Assembly: GCA_043797085.1 (NCBI GenBank)
Contig: JAZDQA010000003.1
Location: 1-52,444, forward strand
Direction of reading: 5' to 3'
DNA: 52,444 nucleotides
Source of the DNA: Pseudomonadota bacterium
GTDB lineage: Bacteria; Campylobacterota; Campylobacteria; Campylobacterales; Sulfurimonadaceae
This document shows positions 28,821-39,534 of this stretch, one piece after another (the stretch's first letter is position 1; every line of letters begins with the position of its first letter). The notes beneath the pieces were generated by a model. That model was not told the DNA's origin and did not search any database. It saw only the letters and a program-made list of their open reading frames with translations. A program made the translations under genes and the position numbers.

Positions 28821-30054
28821 AGCGTATCGCTTCGGTCGGAGTAAATCGGTTGATGATCATGATAGGATAAATCACTGTCAAAAGGTTCAGCAACAACATC
28901 ACGAGCATCTCAAACATAATTTTCATAGGATTGTATTCAGTGGGAAACGTTGCTTCGGCGACCATGTTGTACTGTTTGGCATACTCCTCGGGATCGACAT
29001 CCGCCAAAGAGGCAAACGCAATGGGGTGTTTTTCATAATGGTAACTGGCATAACCTCCAGCTGTTCCACCAAGTCCGACGCTCAAAAATCCGAGGATCAG
29101 CGCTTCGATCAACAGCATCCCCATGACCTGAGCAGGAGTCGTACCGATAGCACGCAGGACTCCAATTTGACGGATGCGCGCATAGACAGAGAGAAAAGCG
29201 AATATCCCGATAACGAAAAAGATGACGATGAAAAATATCCCCAGTGTGATGTAGCCGAAAATCGTATCGATCTCCATTGCCAAAATTAAATCTTCAAGTA
29301 TCGTCTTATAGTTTTTCACCTCCAGTTCTTCATCCAGAGCTTTTTGAACGTTGAGCGTTGCGCCATCGATTTGCTTCACATCGGCAGGATTCATGATGAT
29401 ATGCGTCGCAATGTTATGGCTTTGCATCACCCCATCAAAATAGCTCTTATTCACAAAACCTGAACCGTTATCAAACTCATAGAGCTTCGTTTTAAACAAC
29501 CCCTTAACCACGAGATTGTCCGCAGCAAACGAATAATCTGCCCCAGTAGAGATAAATGAGAGAGTATCCCCAACGCCTACTTTGAGCCGCTTTGCCAATT
29601 CCACTCCCAAATAAAGAGCATTGGTATCTGACGCTGTCAAATACTTCCCCTCCACCAAAGAGCGTTTCAGCCGCGATACTTTGGCTTCATTTTCAGGCTC
29701 GATTGCGGTGAACATCCCCCCGATCGATTGTTCCTGTGTCGAGTAGAGAGCATACGATTCGAAACGTGCGGCAGAGGCATTGATCTCTTCTATCTTTTGC
29801 AACGAATTTTTCACTTTAGCAACATCAAAAATCAGATTATCGTAACTCGGATTATCTTCGAATTCCCGATTGGTTACCTGCATATACCCAGGATAGATCT
29901 CGACACTGGAGCGGATCAGCTGATTGTGACTGCCGTTGTTTAGAGCATTGGAAAAAATAAAAAGCGCCGTTGAAAAGGCACTGAGCAGCAAGGTGACAAT
30001 AGAGCGTTTTTTATGGGTCAAAAGCTCCCGCACTGCCATCTTTAAAAGTATCAT
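28813..30054 (-). CDS. FtsX/LolC-like ABC permease
   Basis: Same topology; RIRQIGVLRAIG motif. Confidence 0.9.
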   Translation of the reverse strand: MILLKMAVRELLTHKKRSIVTLLLSAFSTALFIFSNALNNGSHNQLIRSSVEIYPGYMQVTNREFEDNPSYDNLIFDVAKVKNSLQKIEEINASAARFESYALYSTQEQSIGGMFTAIEPENEAKVSRLKRSLVEGKYLTASDTNALYLGVELAKRLKVGVGDTLSFISTGADYSFAADNLVVKGLFKTKLYEFDNGSGFVNKSYFDGVMQSHNIATHIIMNPADVKQIDGATLNVQKALDEELEVKNYKTILEDLILAMEIDTIFGYITLGIFFIVIFFVIGIFAFLSVYARIRQIGVLRAIGTTPAQVMGMLLIEALILGFLSVGLGGTAGGYASYHYEKHPIAFASLADVDPEEYAKQYNMVAEATFPTEYNPMKIMFEMLVMLLLNLLTVIYPIMIINRFTPTEAIRYV

Positions 30055-30776
30055 TGACTGTACCTGATCAGCGCATTTTTGGTAAAGCGTTCATCCTCGA
30101 TCACAACGTCGAAATCAACCTCCTCCATTTTCACGACCGTCTTATTATTCTTTTTATTTTGCGGGATCAGGGTCATCACGGTTGGGAGATAATGGCTTCC
30201 ATTCACCTTTACATCACTATAATAAAGGATACGCTGCTGCACCCCATCCTCATCATAATAAATCGCCCGCAACGGTACGAAATGTTCCTTTGCCACTTCC
30301 AGTACGATTTTCCCCCACACCACGGCAGCATCTTCTTTTGGGAGCAATGTCAGTGTGTATTTAGCCGTATCTTCAGACGTTATGCGTGCATGGTAATCAT
30401 CTACAATCGAACTTTCCTTCGCCATATCATCGTTGGTAAAATCGCTTCCCATCCAGCTTTGCATCATCATAGAGCTTGGTATCTTGATCGTCTTTTCGAT
30501 CTTTGGGACATACTGCCACATCGTCGTATCCACTTTCAAAAAAGTGATTCCACGGTCTTGTTTGGGATAGAGCACTTTGATAAAGCTTTTGTCATGCCCC
30601 CTATTCCAGCTCTCCATTTTCATCGTTCTCTCACCCCGCGCCGTCGTGACGGTCATCGTGATTTTAGAGTAACCGCTGTCGCTTTGGATATTATGTTCGA
30701 CATTTTTGATAATCGCATCGGGGGTGATCGCCCAAAGGGAGACCGAAAAGAGGAGAAAGGAGAGTAATTTTTTCAT
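30051..30776 (-). CDS. LolA-like outer-membrane lipoprotein-sorting protein
   Basis: Signal peptide MKKLLSF (start 30776); MWQYVP and SWMGSDFTNDD motifs. Confidence 0.88.
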   Translation of the reverse strand: MKKLLSFLLFSVSLWAITPDAIIKNVEHNIQSDSGYSKITMTVTTARGERTMKMESWNRGHDKSFIKVLYPKQDRGITFLKVDTTMWQYVPKIEKTIKIPSSMMMQSWMGSDFTNDDMAKESSIVDDYHARITSEDTAKYTLTLLPKEDAAVVWGKIVLEVAKEHFVPLRAIYYDEDGVQQRILYYSDVKVNGSHYLPTVMTLIPQNKKNNKTVVKMEEVDFDVVIEDERFTKNALIRYSQ

Positions 30777-30799
30777 TTGATTACCTTTTCTAACAAAAC

Positions 30800-30844
30800 T
30801 GGATTCACCCAAGGGCACTTCGCCAGCCTTCGCGGGAATGACGG
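30800..30844. repeat. REP-like element (ggattc..ccttcgcgggaatgac) interrupted by a short insert
   Basis: Ends in GGGAATGACG like the element at 258-286; inner cccaagggcacttc segment. Confidence 0.5.
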
Positions 30845-30846
30845 AA

Positions 30847-33800
30847 TTAAATCACATCCACACCCTCTAAAGCACTCAACTCTTCAATCACCTTATTATC
30901 GACCCGTATCGCAGATTCGATAACAACATCACACAGTTTCGAGACGATAGTAAGCTTGATGCCTCTACGTCCGGGATGACGGCGGATCAGGGTGTAAAGT
31001 TTTTCGAGAACTTCGAGATTTTCGCTGAGACGGATACGCAGTTGCAGCGGTTCTTGGGGTGCTTCAACGATCTTTGTTTCCACTTTCTTTGCCTCTTTTT
31101 TTGCTTCAGAAAGGGTCATGATCTTCGTCACACCGATGCGGGTAAACATCTCAGTATGCGTCACTTTGACCTTAAATGCAATCGGTTCGTCCAAATCCAT
31201 TTTTTCGAGTTGTTCAAGTTTATCGGAGAAAAGCATCATCTCGATATTGCCGTGGAAGTCCATGAGACTTACAAGCCCAAATGCTGACCCTTTTTTCGAC
31301 ATTTTTTTCGTGATTTCTTCTACTTTTCCGATAAATATGGCGTTAGACCCATCCGCGATATTTTCAACTTCTGATGATAACGTATAGCTTATCGCATCGA
31401 TTTGCTCACGGAAATTGTCGAGAGGATGACCGGATACATAAAAGCCCAGCGTGTCTTTTTCAAAATCCAACAGTGTTTTGAGATCGTATTCCTCGAAATT
31501 CTTGAGATTCAGCTCGACGCTCATAACCTCTTCATCATCTCCAAAAAGGCTAAATTGTGCGTCTTTTTGCAATGATGAACTTTTTTTAGCTGCTTCAACC
31601 ATCATTTCAACTTGCTCGATCAATGCACGTCGGGAATAACCAAAAGCATCAAATCCCCCTGCTTTGATGATGCACTCAATCACCCTTTTATTGACTTTTT
31701 GAGGTTCAATACGGTTAATAAAATCTTGAATGTCTTTGAATTCGCTCTTGGATCTGGCATCGAGAATGGACTCAACCGCCGCTTCTCCAACTCCTTTAAT
31801 CGCCCCAAGACCAAAAAGAATCTGATCCTGACCGTCTTTATTGATGGCAGAAAATTCTAGCTGAGAATGGTTAATATTTGGAGCACCAAGAAAGATTTTC
31901 ATTCGCTTGGCTTCATCGATGTATTTGACTACTTTGTCCGTATTGTCTTTTTCGCTAGTGAGCAATGCCGCCATAAACTCTTGCGGATAATAGGTTTTGA
32001 GCCATGCTGTTTGGAACGTGACCATCGCATACGCCGCTGAGTGCGATTTATTAAATCCGTATCCCGCAAATTTTTCGATCAGATCGAACAGTTCGGAGGC
32101 TTTTTTATAGTCCAAATTTTGTTTCGCCGCACCTTGGCTAAACTCATCATTGTAGGCAGAGAGGTCTTTTTTCTTACCCATCGCACGTCGGATAATATCC
32201 GAATATCCCAGACTAAAGCCCCCAATCGTTTGAACGATTTGCATGACCTGCTCTTGGTAAACGATAACTCCGTAGGTTGGTTTTAAAATCGTCTCCATCG
32301 CAGGAAACGTATAAGCAATCGCCTGCCGCCCGTGTTTACGCTCGATAAAATCGTCCAACATTCCTGATTCCATCGGTCCCGGTCGATAAAGTGCCAATAC
32401 CGCAATCAAATCCTCAAAAACGCTGGGTTTAAGACGGCGATTAAGATCTTGCATCCCCGTGGATTCGATTTGAAACATCCCAACCGTATCACCGCCTTGA
32501 ATGACCTCATAAACTTTAGGATCATTTTCATCGATAGCATGCCAATCGATCTCTTTGGCATAACGATGACGGATGAGCTTAATCGCGCTGTCGATAACAT
32601 CCAGCGTTTTCAGTCCCAAAAAGTCAAACTTAATGAGGTCAATATCTTCGAGAAAGTTAAGTGAATACTGAGTAATGTAGTTTTCTTCACCAGAGGGCTT
32701 GTAAATCGGTGTTTTTTTCCACAACGGCTCATTCGAGATAACTACTCCTGCCGCGTGCATTCCTGCATTGCGTTTTAGACCTTCAAGTTTTTTTGCGAAC
32801 TCCCAAACACGTGCTGCATTTGTATCACTTTCGACAAGCTCTTTAATCTTCGGTTCTTTTTGGAATGCACCATCCTCGGTTTTACCCCCTTTGGTTTTGC
32901 CGTTAAGGGTAATTCCTAACTCATCGGGAATCAGTTTTGCCAGCATATCGGCTTGCGAGAGAGGCATTTCCAATACGCGCGCAACGTCACGAATGACCCC
33001 TTTGGCTAACAGTGAACCGAAGGTAATGATTTGTGCGACTTGCTCACGACCGTATTTTTGTACCACATAATCGATAACTTCTCCACGGCGTGCTTGCATA
33101 AAGTCCATATCGATATCGGGCATCGATACCCGCTCAGGATTGAGAAAACGCTCGAAGAGCAGATCGTACTTCATCGGATCTATATCGGTAATTTCTAGGC
33201 TATACGCGACCAAACTCCCCGCTGCCGATCCACGCCCCGGTCCAACAGCAATTCCCATCCGTTTGGCTTCACGAACGAAATCCCAAACGATAAGCATGTA
33301 TCCGGGAAATTTCATCTGATTGATGACCCCAATTTCAAATTCCAGTCGCGCTTTGTATTCCTCATGTTTTGCTACGGGAACGTGTATCAGTCTCTCATCC
33401 AAACCGATGCGGCAACGATGGATAAAATACTCAGAATCTTCCTCCATAACCAATCCCTCTTGGAGGGCATATTCAGTGGTAAATTTAAAATTCGGAGGAG
33501 TCGGATCTCCAAGTTTTAGCTCCAGTTGACACTTATCGACAATCTCTTGGGTGTTGTACAAGGCTTCGGGAATATCGGCAAAAAGACGTGCCATCTGCTC
33601 AGGGGATTTGATGTAGAACTCATGCACCGAGTGACGCATACGTTTAGGATCATCGTAGAGTTTATTCATACCGATACACATAAAGGCTTCGTGATATTGA
33701 GCATCACCCGCGTACGTATAGTGAGTGTCATTGGTCGCGATGAGTTTAATCCCCGTCTCTTGGGAAATGCGGATCACCTGCTCATCAATAAAAAGCTGAT

Positions 33801-34374
33801 CGCTGATTCCATGACGCATGATTTCCATGTAAAAATCTTCCCCAAAGATCTCTTTATACTCCAACGCAATACGCTTCGCCTCATCATACCCAAGCGCACC
33901 ATTTTTGATATTACGTTCATTGACGGTATTGAGATGCCAGTTGACTTCCCCCTGCAAGCACGCAGAGGTACAAATAATCCCCTCGAAATTTTCACGCAGG
34001 AGATTTTTATTGATACGCGGATAGTAATAAAATCCGTTGATATAAGCTTGTGAGGAGAGGTACATCAGATTTTTATACCCGATCTCATTTTTGGCAAACA
34101 AACAAACGTGAAACCGTTGTCGTACGCTTTTATCTCCCAGTTCTTCACCATTGTGAATGTACGCTTCCATCCCGATAATTGGCTTAAGCCCTGCACCCCT
34201 CATCTGTTGATAAAAATCAATAGCACCGAACATATTGCCATGATCGCTCATTGCAACCGACGTCATCCCAAGTTCTTTAACGCGGCTTGCAAGTGCCGAA
34301 ATTTTGTTGGCACCATCGAGGAGAGAGTATTCAGTGTGGAGATGGAGGTGGGTAAAAGGGGGGATCGTACTCAT
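30847..34374 (-). CDS. dnaE: DNA polymerase III alpha subunit
   Basis: HLHLHTEYSLLDGA PHP domain, GPGRGSAAGS, PDIDMDF, KFDFLGL, YGFNKSH. Confidence 0.99.
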   Translation of the reverse strand: MSTIPPFTHLHLHTEYSLLDGANKISALASRVKELGMTSVAMSDHGNMFGAIDFYQQMRGAGLKPIIGMEAYIHNGEELGDKSVRQRFHVCLFAKNEIGYKNLMYLSSQAYINGFYYYPRINKNLLRENFEGIICTSACLQGEVNWHLNTVNERNIKNGALGYDEAKRIALEYKEIFGEDFYMEIMRHGISDQLFIDEQVIRISQETGIKLIATNDTHYTYAGDAQYHEAFMCIGMNKLYDDPKRMRHSVHEFYIKSPEQMARLFADIPEALYNTQEIVDKCQLELKLGDPTPPNFKFTTEYALQEGLVMEEDSEYFIHRCRIGLDERLIHVPVAKHEEYKARLEFEIGVINQMKFPGYMLIVWDFVREAKRMGIAVGPGRGSAAGSLVAYSLEITDIDPMKYDLLFERFLNPERVSMPDIDMDFMQARRGEVIDYVVQKYGREQVAQIITFGSLLAKGVIRDVARVLEMPLSQADMLAKLIPDELGITLNGKTKGGKTEDGAFQKEPKIKELVESDTNAARVWEFAKKLEGLKRNAGMHAAGVVISNEPLWKKTPIYKPSGEENYITQYSLNFLEDIDLIKFDFLGLKTLDVIDSAIKLIRHRYAKEIDWHAIDENDPKVYEVIQGGDTVGMFQIESTGMQDLNRRLKPSVFEDLIAVLALYRPGPMESGMLDDFIERKHGRQAIAYTFPAMETILKPTYGVIVYQEQVMQIVQTIGGFSLGYSDIIRRAMGKKKDLSAYNDEFSQGAAKQNLDYKKASELFDLIEKFAGYGFNKSHSAAYAMVTFQTAWLKTYYPQEFMAALLTSEKDNTDKVVKYIDEAKRMKIFLGAPNINHSQLEFSAINKDGQDQILFGLGAIKGVGEAAVESILDARSKSEFKDIQDFINRIEPQKVNKRVIECIIKAGGFDAFGYSRRALIEQVEMMVEAAKKSSSLQKDAQFSLFGDDEEVMSVELNLKNFEEYDLKTLLDFEKDTLGFYVSGHPLDNFREQIDAISYTLSSEVENIADGSNAIFIGKVEEITKKMSKKGSAFGLVSLMDFHGNIEMMLFSDKLEQLEKMDLDEPIAFKVKVTHTEMFTRIGVTKIMTLSEAKKEAKKVETKIVEAPQEPLQLRIRLSENLEVLEKLYTLIRRHPGRRGIKLTIVSKLCDVVIESAIRVDNKVIEELSALEGVDVI

Positions 34375-34432
34375 AAAAAACCTTGGGAAAATATGAAGGG
34401 ATTATAGTACGGAGAGGGTAAAGAGGAGCTTT

Positions 34433-34460
34433 GATTCCGTGCCATGACACGGAATAACGG
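34433..34460. repeat. REP-like hairpin / possible terminator
   Basis: attccgtg-ccatga-cacggaat; similar to 258-286. Confidence 0.5.
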
Positions 34461-34481
34461 AGTATTGTGGATTAAGAGTGT

Positions 34482-36668
34482 TTACCACTCTTTACCATGG
34501 CAATCATAACAACCGACCACTTGACCGGCTGCATACGTTTTTGTACTTCCTTCAACATTCAAGGTTCGTGCTGCCCATGTTTTAGAGAGGACACTTCCTT
34601 TATAATCAGCACCGTGACACGTGATACAGCTTGCAGTACCGCGTTCGGCAATATTATCATGAGCATTCACCGCAGCTTGACCCACGGCGTGCATACCATG
34701 AGGACCTCCTGTAAAGTTTGTAGGAACACTCGTGTGACACGTCGAACACTCAGCGATTGTTCCACTGTGCCCTTGCAATGCAATACTCTGGACGTTATCG
34801 TTAGCGTGTGAGCTTGGGTACTCTGCATGGGTCGCACCATGACAAGACTCACATTGCAAATTTCCATGCCCTTTACTGAATCGATAGAGTGATTTACCGC
34901 TCATTGGCGTATTAGCAGTGGTTGCAAATTTTGGATCAACCGTCGCACGCAATGTTCCAGGAGAAGAAAATACACTGTTATAGCGGGTAAAATTGCCCGA
35001 AGTTGTATTTTTATCATGACACTGCTGGCAATTGGGCTGATCCAACCATCCTGCACGTCCTGATTTACCCACATCGCTCATCGTACCGTGACAGCTTTGA
35101 CAATCAATGGCGTTACTTCCATTTGCATTTTTTGCATTTCCCATCGTACCTCGAAGACATTTCGTCACAGAACCGGGATGACATTGGTAACACGAATCGC
35201 GATTCAAACTGCTATTCATTGTAGTCCCTGTCTTAGGGTCGATAACATTGGCGTGTTTAGAGTGCAATGCTTCTGTTAGAGGTTTGATTCCTGTTTTAAG
35301 CGGTGTACCCAAAGCATTCGATTGATGACACGATGCACACAAAATCGGTTGCCCAGCATTGGCAGTTGCTAGTAATGTCCCTTTTGTATACGTACTGCTC
35401 ATATTCGCCGTGGCAATCGCATTTGGATGTTTATCATCATGCAGTTTTAAAATATTTTTCTTCCACTCTTTTTCTTTAATCGTATCGGTTTCCCATCCTG
35501 CGTTTGGTTTCGCAGCAGCAACACTGTTAGAAGCATGACAACTGACACAGCTCATTTCATCAGATACGGGAAGAACGACTTTTGTACTCGCCAAGATTAT
35601 CCCTGCTGCATCTTTAGCAACGACTTTGACCATCGGATAATAATTTTTGGCACCATTATCATCATATGGCATCGTAGGGATTCCCTCTGCTTCCCACCAA
35701 CTGTTAGTGCTGTTATACGTCATCGTTTGAGGAGTACTGCCTTGGGTTTTGTTACCCGTAAGTCCGGTATCAATCCCCAATGTAGCGGCAGCAGAACCAA
35801 AAAGTTTTCCAATATAGTCCCAAAAATTGGTTTTCACTCCACCATTTTTATCTTTATCGCTGGTTGTGTTAATCGAACCGGTCGCATCAGCAACTGCTTC
35901 ATAGGTTAATGTTACACCGCTCGTAATGCTTTTACCGCTTGTCACATCTTTACTAATGAGATGAGCATGAAGATTGTTGTACGGAGGAAGAATACTGAAT
36001 ATTGAGTAATCTTGTCCATCAACACAGTGCATACCTAAATCATTCCATGCAACAAGGGTATATTTTCCGTTTCCTGTCGAAATGGGTGTTGTGGATGGTG
36101 GTGTATACCCTGAACTGCCATTGGAAGCAGAATTGGGATTAAAATTACTTTGTGCTTGCGTTGGTGTTACCGTAAAAGCAGGTTTGTTAATAATAGTAAA
36201 CACGTCCGAATCCGTACTTGTTGAACTATTTAAATCAACACGCGTTGTGTGAGCTTTAATGTCATTACGTACCGTCAAATTAATATCGATACCATTAGCC
36301 GGATTTCCGTCACCATCCAACGTTTGAAGTGTTTGAAGAATACGAATAACGCGTGCATCATTCATATCCGTCGTATTAACAATATCTAAAGGGGTGATTT
36401 TCCCGTTTTTAGGTTTAGCTGACCCTAAATACAAATTTCCTATGTGAAACGTGATGGATTCACCCTCTTTGTAGATAAAGTTACCCTTGGAATCGGTGAC
36501 TCCGACTTGGGTAGCACTTTCAAATTCCAGCCCTGATACCGGAGAATCGATAAAGGTTGCCGTAGATATACCCGTATTTGGGTCAACAGTTCCTCCGCTT
36601 CCCCCGCCGCATCCTGTAAGAATAAATGCAGTTAATACCGATGAAACCAGTCCGATTGCCTGACGCAT
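34482..36668 (-). CDS. Nine-heme c-type cytochrome lipoprotein
   Basis: Lipobox LTGC + Gly linker; 9 CxxCH motifs (CVSCH, CASCH, CYQCH, CQSCH, CQQCH, CESCH, CSTCH, CITCH, CYDCH); WNDLGMHC motif. Confidence 0.9.
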   Translation of the reverse strand: MRQAIGLVSSVLTAFILTGCGGGSGGTVDPNTGISTATFIDSPVSGLEFESATQVGVTDSKGNFIYKEGESITFHIGNLYLGSAKPKNGKITPLDIVNTTDMNDARVIRILQTLQTLDGDGNPANGIDINLTVRNDIKAHTTRVDLNSSTSTDSDVFTIINKPAFTVTPTQAQSNFNPNSASNGSSGYTPPSTTPISTGNGKYTLVAWNDLGMHCVDGQDYSIFSILPPYNNLHAHLISKDVTSGKSITSGVTLTYEAVADATGSINTTSDKDKNGGVKTNFWDYIGKLFGSAAATLGIDTGLTGNKTQGSTPQTMTYNSTNSWWEAEGIPTMPYDDNGAKNYYPMVKVVAKDAAGIILASTKVVLPVSDEMSCVSCHASNSVAAAKPNAGWETDTIKEKEWKKNILKLHDDKHPNAIATANMSSTYTKGTLLATANAGQPILCASCHQSNALGTPLKTGIKPLTEALHSKHANVIDPKTGTTMNSSLNRDSCYQCHPGSVTKCLRGTMGNAKNANGSNAIDCQSCHGTMSDVGKSGRAGWLDQPNCQQCHDKNTTSGNFTRYNSVFSSPGTLRATVDPKFATTANTPMSGKSLYRFSKGHGNLQCESCHGATHAEYPSSHANDNVQSIALQGHSGTIAECSTCHTSVPTNFTGGPHGMHAVGQAAVNAHDNIAERGTASCITCHGADYKGSVLSKTWAARTLNVEGSTKTYAAGQVVGCYDCHGKEW

Positions 36669-36742
36669 AGTGACTCCTTTAATTAAACTTTATCCGTTAT
36701 GGTAAACTACGTTTATGAAGATTTGATGAATGAAGGGGTTTT

Positions 36743-37405
36743 ATGCACATATTGGTTATCGATGACAACGAGGAATTACTCTACGCACTTCAACAACTGC
36801 TCAAAGATGCTTTGTATCATGTCGATGTTGCGACTACACTCTCAGAGGGTAAAGTCAACATTGATGAAAAAAAATACGATTTGATTTTATTGGATTGGAT
36901 GTTGCCTGATGGGACGGGGATTGAGTTGTTGACTCGATTGAGACAGGAAAAAATACGAACACCGATTTTACTTTTTTCTTCTAAAAAAGAGGTTGAAGAC
37001 AAAGTTGAAGCTCTTGATGGGGGAGCGGATGATTATCTCGAAAAGCCTTTTTCAAATATCGAACTTTTGGCTCGTATTCGGGCATTATTACGTCGTGAAA
37101 GCAGTCAAAAGCAAACATTAATCGAAATCGGAAATCTTAGTATCGACTTTTCTTCTCGAAGTGTCTTGGTGAACAATGAACCTGCGAAGCTTTCTGCTAA
37201 AGAGTTTGAGTTATTGGAATTACTCATTCTTAATGCAAACACCGTATTGACACGTTATCAAATATCAGAACATTTGAGTCGCGACTTTGATCATCTTAGT
37301 GCGAGTAACATTGTCGATGCTCACATTAAAAATCTGCGTAAAAAGCTCAACGCGGATGAACTAATCCAAACCGTTAGAGGTGTAGGCTATATGATTACTT
37401 GCTAA
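36743..37405 (+). CDS. OmpR-family response regulator
   Basis: IDD, LLDWMLPD, GADDYLEKPF, IQTVRGVGY. Confidence 0.95.
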   Translation: MHILVIDDNEELLYALQQLLKDALYHVDVATTLSEGKVNIDEKKYDLILLDWMLPDGTGIELLTRLRQEKIRTPILLFSSKKEVEDKVEALDGGADDYLEKPFSNIELLARIRALLRRESSQKQTLIEIGNLSIDFSSRSVLVNNEPAKLSAKEFELLELLILNANTVLTRYQISEHLSRDFDHLSASNIVDAHIKNLRKKLNADELIQTVRGVGYMITC

Positions 37406-39102
37406 CTCGTATACGATCTAAAATGGAACAAAGCAATAGAGCCTTTCCCCTCACCCTCACTGCGGAGATATAGATCTCCTTGGAGCAATAATGCAATTCG
37501 TTTACTAATAGCAAGCCCCAAGCCACTCCCTTCCAAGCTGCTTTGATCTTTTGTGCGTACTTGATAAAAATCATCAAACAAGTCCGCCAGTGCCTCTTTT
37601 TTTATTCCGCGTCCACTGTCTTTTACCTCTAAAATAAAAAGATTTTCGTGATAATGCAGTTTCACGTCGATAAAACCATCATCCGTAAATTTAATCGCAT
37701 TGGAGAGTAAATTGATAACAACTTGACTAAAAAGACGCGGATCACTCCTAAATTCTCCATCATACGGCTCAAACATCGTTCGAATTTTCAATCCTTTATC
37801 TTCCGCCAATGGAGAAATAAGATCCAGTGCATTTTCTATGATGGTAACCGGATTACAGAGGGCAAGATGAGGTTCCATCTTCCCCGATTCCGCTTTGGCT
37901 AAATCCAAAATATTATTAATAACACCTAAAAGATGATGAGCGGAATTTTCGATTTTTTCGAGAGTTTCGCACACAGGATTTGGAGTATTTGGCTGTGTTA
38001 TCAAGTACTGCGTGAGGCTTAAAATAGAACCAAGCGGAGTCCGAAGTTCATGGGACATAGCCGATAAAAAAGAGGATTTTGCCTGTAATGCGGCCTGTGT
38101 TTTTCCCAGTAGTTCCAAACGCTTTATATTGACCAGCGTAGTAAACATAAGTGCATTAAACGAATGCGCCATAATACCGACTTCATCCAATCCTGTTTCA
38201 ACAACTGTCTGCGAATAATCACCCGTTGTTGAGATCTTCATTGCCGTAGCAGAAAGTTCTTTTAGAGGCTTGACGATATGGTGAACAATGATCCAAACTA
38301 AAAATGCGATCAATAAAAGACCAATTCCGAATCCGATCAAAAAAATAGTTTGCAGATGATATAACAGTGCAAGCGTCTCGTTTTTTGGAATAGCAGAGTT
38401 CAGTTTCCACCCCTCTAAGACCCCTTTCAATATTATCGTATCATGCAAATACGCATTTTTATCAAGATTGGGGAAATCACTTTTATAATGACTTAAAAGA
38501 GAGGCTGCAGGTGTTAGCCATCGATAAGAATTTTTATCGCTTTTCAGTTGGAGTACAAAATTTTTCAGCGGATAGGATAGGACCAAATAACCTAAAAAAT
38601 TATTGCTGTTAAATGATCCGTACACGGGTGCAAATAAATACAGATTTCCTTTAAGAAAAAAATGCGATTTACCATTTTTAGCTGCACTAACAAGAGTAGA
38701 TGCTTCCGTAAAAACGGTATTAATCTGAATTAATTTGGAAGAAGAAGGAACGGTAAAATCCGATGCCACAACAAATAAAGAAATATTTTCACCTAAATCA
38801 TCCGCTTTTTGTTCCAATAAACTGGTGATGCGTCTGTCCATATCCAGTACGATCACATCGTCCATGACTTCAAGATGGGACAGAAAAAGGATCTCTTTGT
38901 GTAATCTGTCTATGTGCGTTTTTAAATCGTTTGCTGCCAACGTAGAGTGAGAATGCAAAATATCCTGTTCTTTTTTAAGCATTAACTCTGACTCATACCC
39001 CCACAAGTACGAGAGTAACGCAATAATAATGAGCGTAATACCGCCAAATAATGCAAGAAAAAGCTTATAAACAATCGGTAAATTATTCCATCGGCGCGTC
39101 AT
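37402..39102 (-). CDS. Sensor histidine kinase (2 TM, HAMP, HisKA, HATPase)
   Basis: MSHELRTPL H-box, NLLSNAIKF, DSGRG, GSGLGL. Confidence 0.95.
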   Translation of the reverse strand: MTRRWNNLPIVYKLFLALFGGITLIIIALLSYLWGYESELMLKKEQDILHSHSTLAANDLKTHIDRLHKEILFLSHLEVMDDVIVLDMDRRITSLLEQKADDLGENISLFVVASDFTVPSSSKLIQINTVFTEASTLVSAAKNGKSHFFLKGNLYLFAPVYGSFNSNNFLGYLVLSYPLKNFVLQLKSDKNSYRWLTPAASLLSHYKSDFPNLDKNAYLHDTIILKGVLEGWKLNSAIPKNETLALLYHLQTIFLIGFGIGLLLIAFLVWIIVHHIVKPLKELSATAMKISTTGDYSQTVVETGLDEVGIMAHSFNALMFTTLVNIKRLELLGKTQAALQAKSSFLSAMSHELRTPLGSILSLTQYLITQPNTPNPVCETLEKIENSAHHLLGVINNILDLAKAESGKMEPHLALCNPVTIIENALDLISPLAEDKGLKIRTMFEPYDGEFRSDPRLFSQVVINLLSNAIKFTDDGFIDVKLHYHENLFILEVKDSGRGIKKEALADLFDDFYQVRTKDQSSLEGSGLGLAISKRIALLLQGDLYLRSEGEGKGSIALFHFRSYTS

Positions 39103-39105
39103 AGG

Positions 39106-39534
39106 TTATTCTTTGGCTTTAAAAAGTATTTTAAGATGATATTTTAGAGCAATTTCTTCATCAACATACCCCACAGTATTGTCAACTTTGGACAAAAACT
39201 CAGCAATGCTTTCCTGACTTTTAAAGACTTTTGGAGTCCGATGTCCCAGATAATGAGCTTGCAGCCAGTATTGCGCCAAAGTATTTCGATCTTCTTCTAA
39301 AATATTTTGCTCGAATTGATTGCGCAGCGGATTATCAATCCCTAAATTCAAAGGTATGATTTTTTTGCCTCCCAATCGAAAACGTTTACCCAAATAAATT
39401 CCTCGTATCTCATCAACATTCATGGAATCAACACCAAAACTATTTCCGGAAACAACAACAAGCGTCTCTCCTTCAAGCTGAAGCAATCCCCCGCATATCA
39501 ATAGGATTAAAAGTAACTTTCGCATCTTTATCAC
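39106..39534 (-). CDS. Small periplasmic binding-protein-like protein
   Basis: Signal peptide; IRGIYLGK..YW..P....VGYV pattern of porin-associated PBP-like proteins. Confidence 0.7.
   Translation of the reverse strand: MIKMRKLLLILLICGGLLQLEGETLVVVSGNSFGVDSMNVDEIRGIYLGKRFRLGGKKIIPLNLGIDNPLRNQFEQNILEEDRNTLAQYWLQAHYLGHRTPKVFKSQESIAEFLSKVDNTVGYVDEEIALKYHLKILFKAKE

Noticed and set aside
30054..30767. 237-aa plus-strand ORF and the many other overlapping antisense ORFs
   Set aside because: They lie opposite well-supported genes and carry no recognisable motifs.
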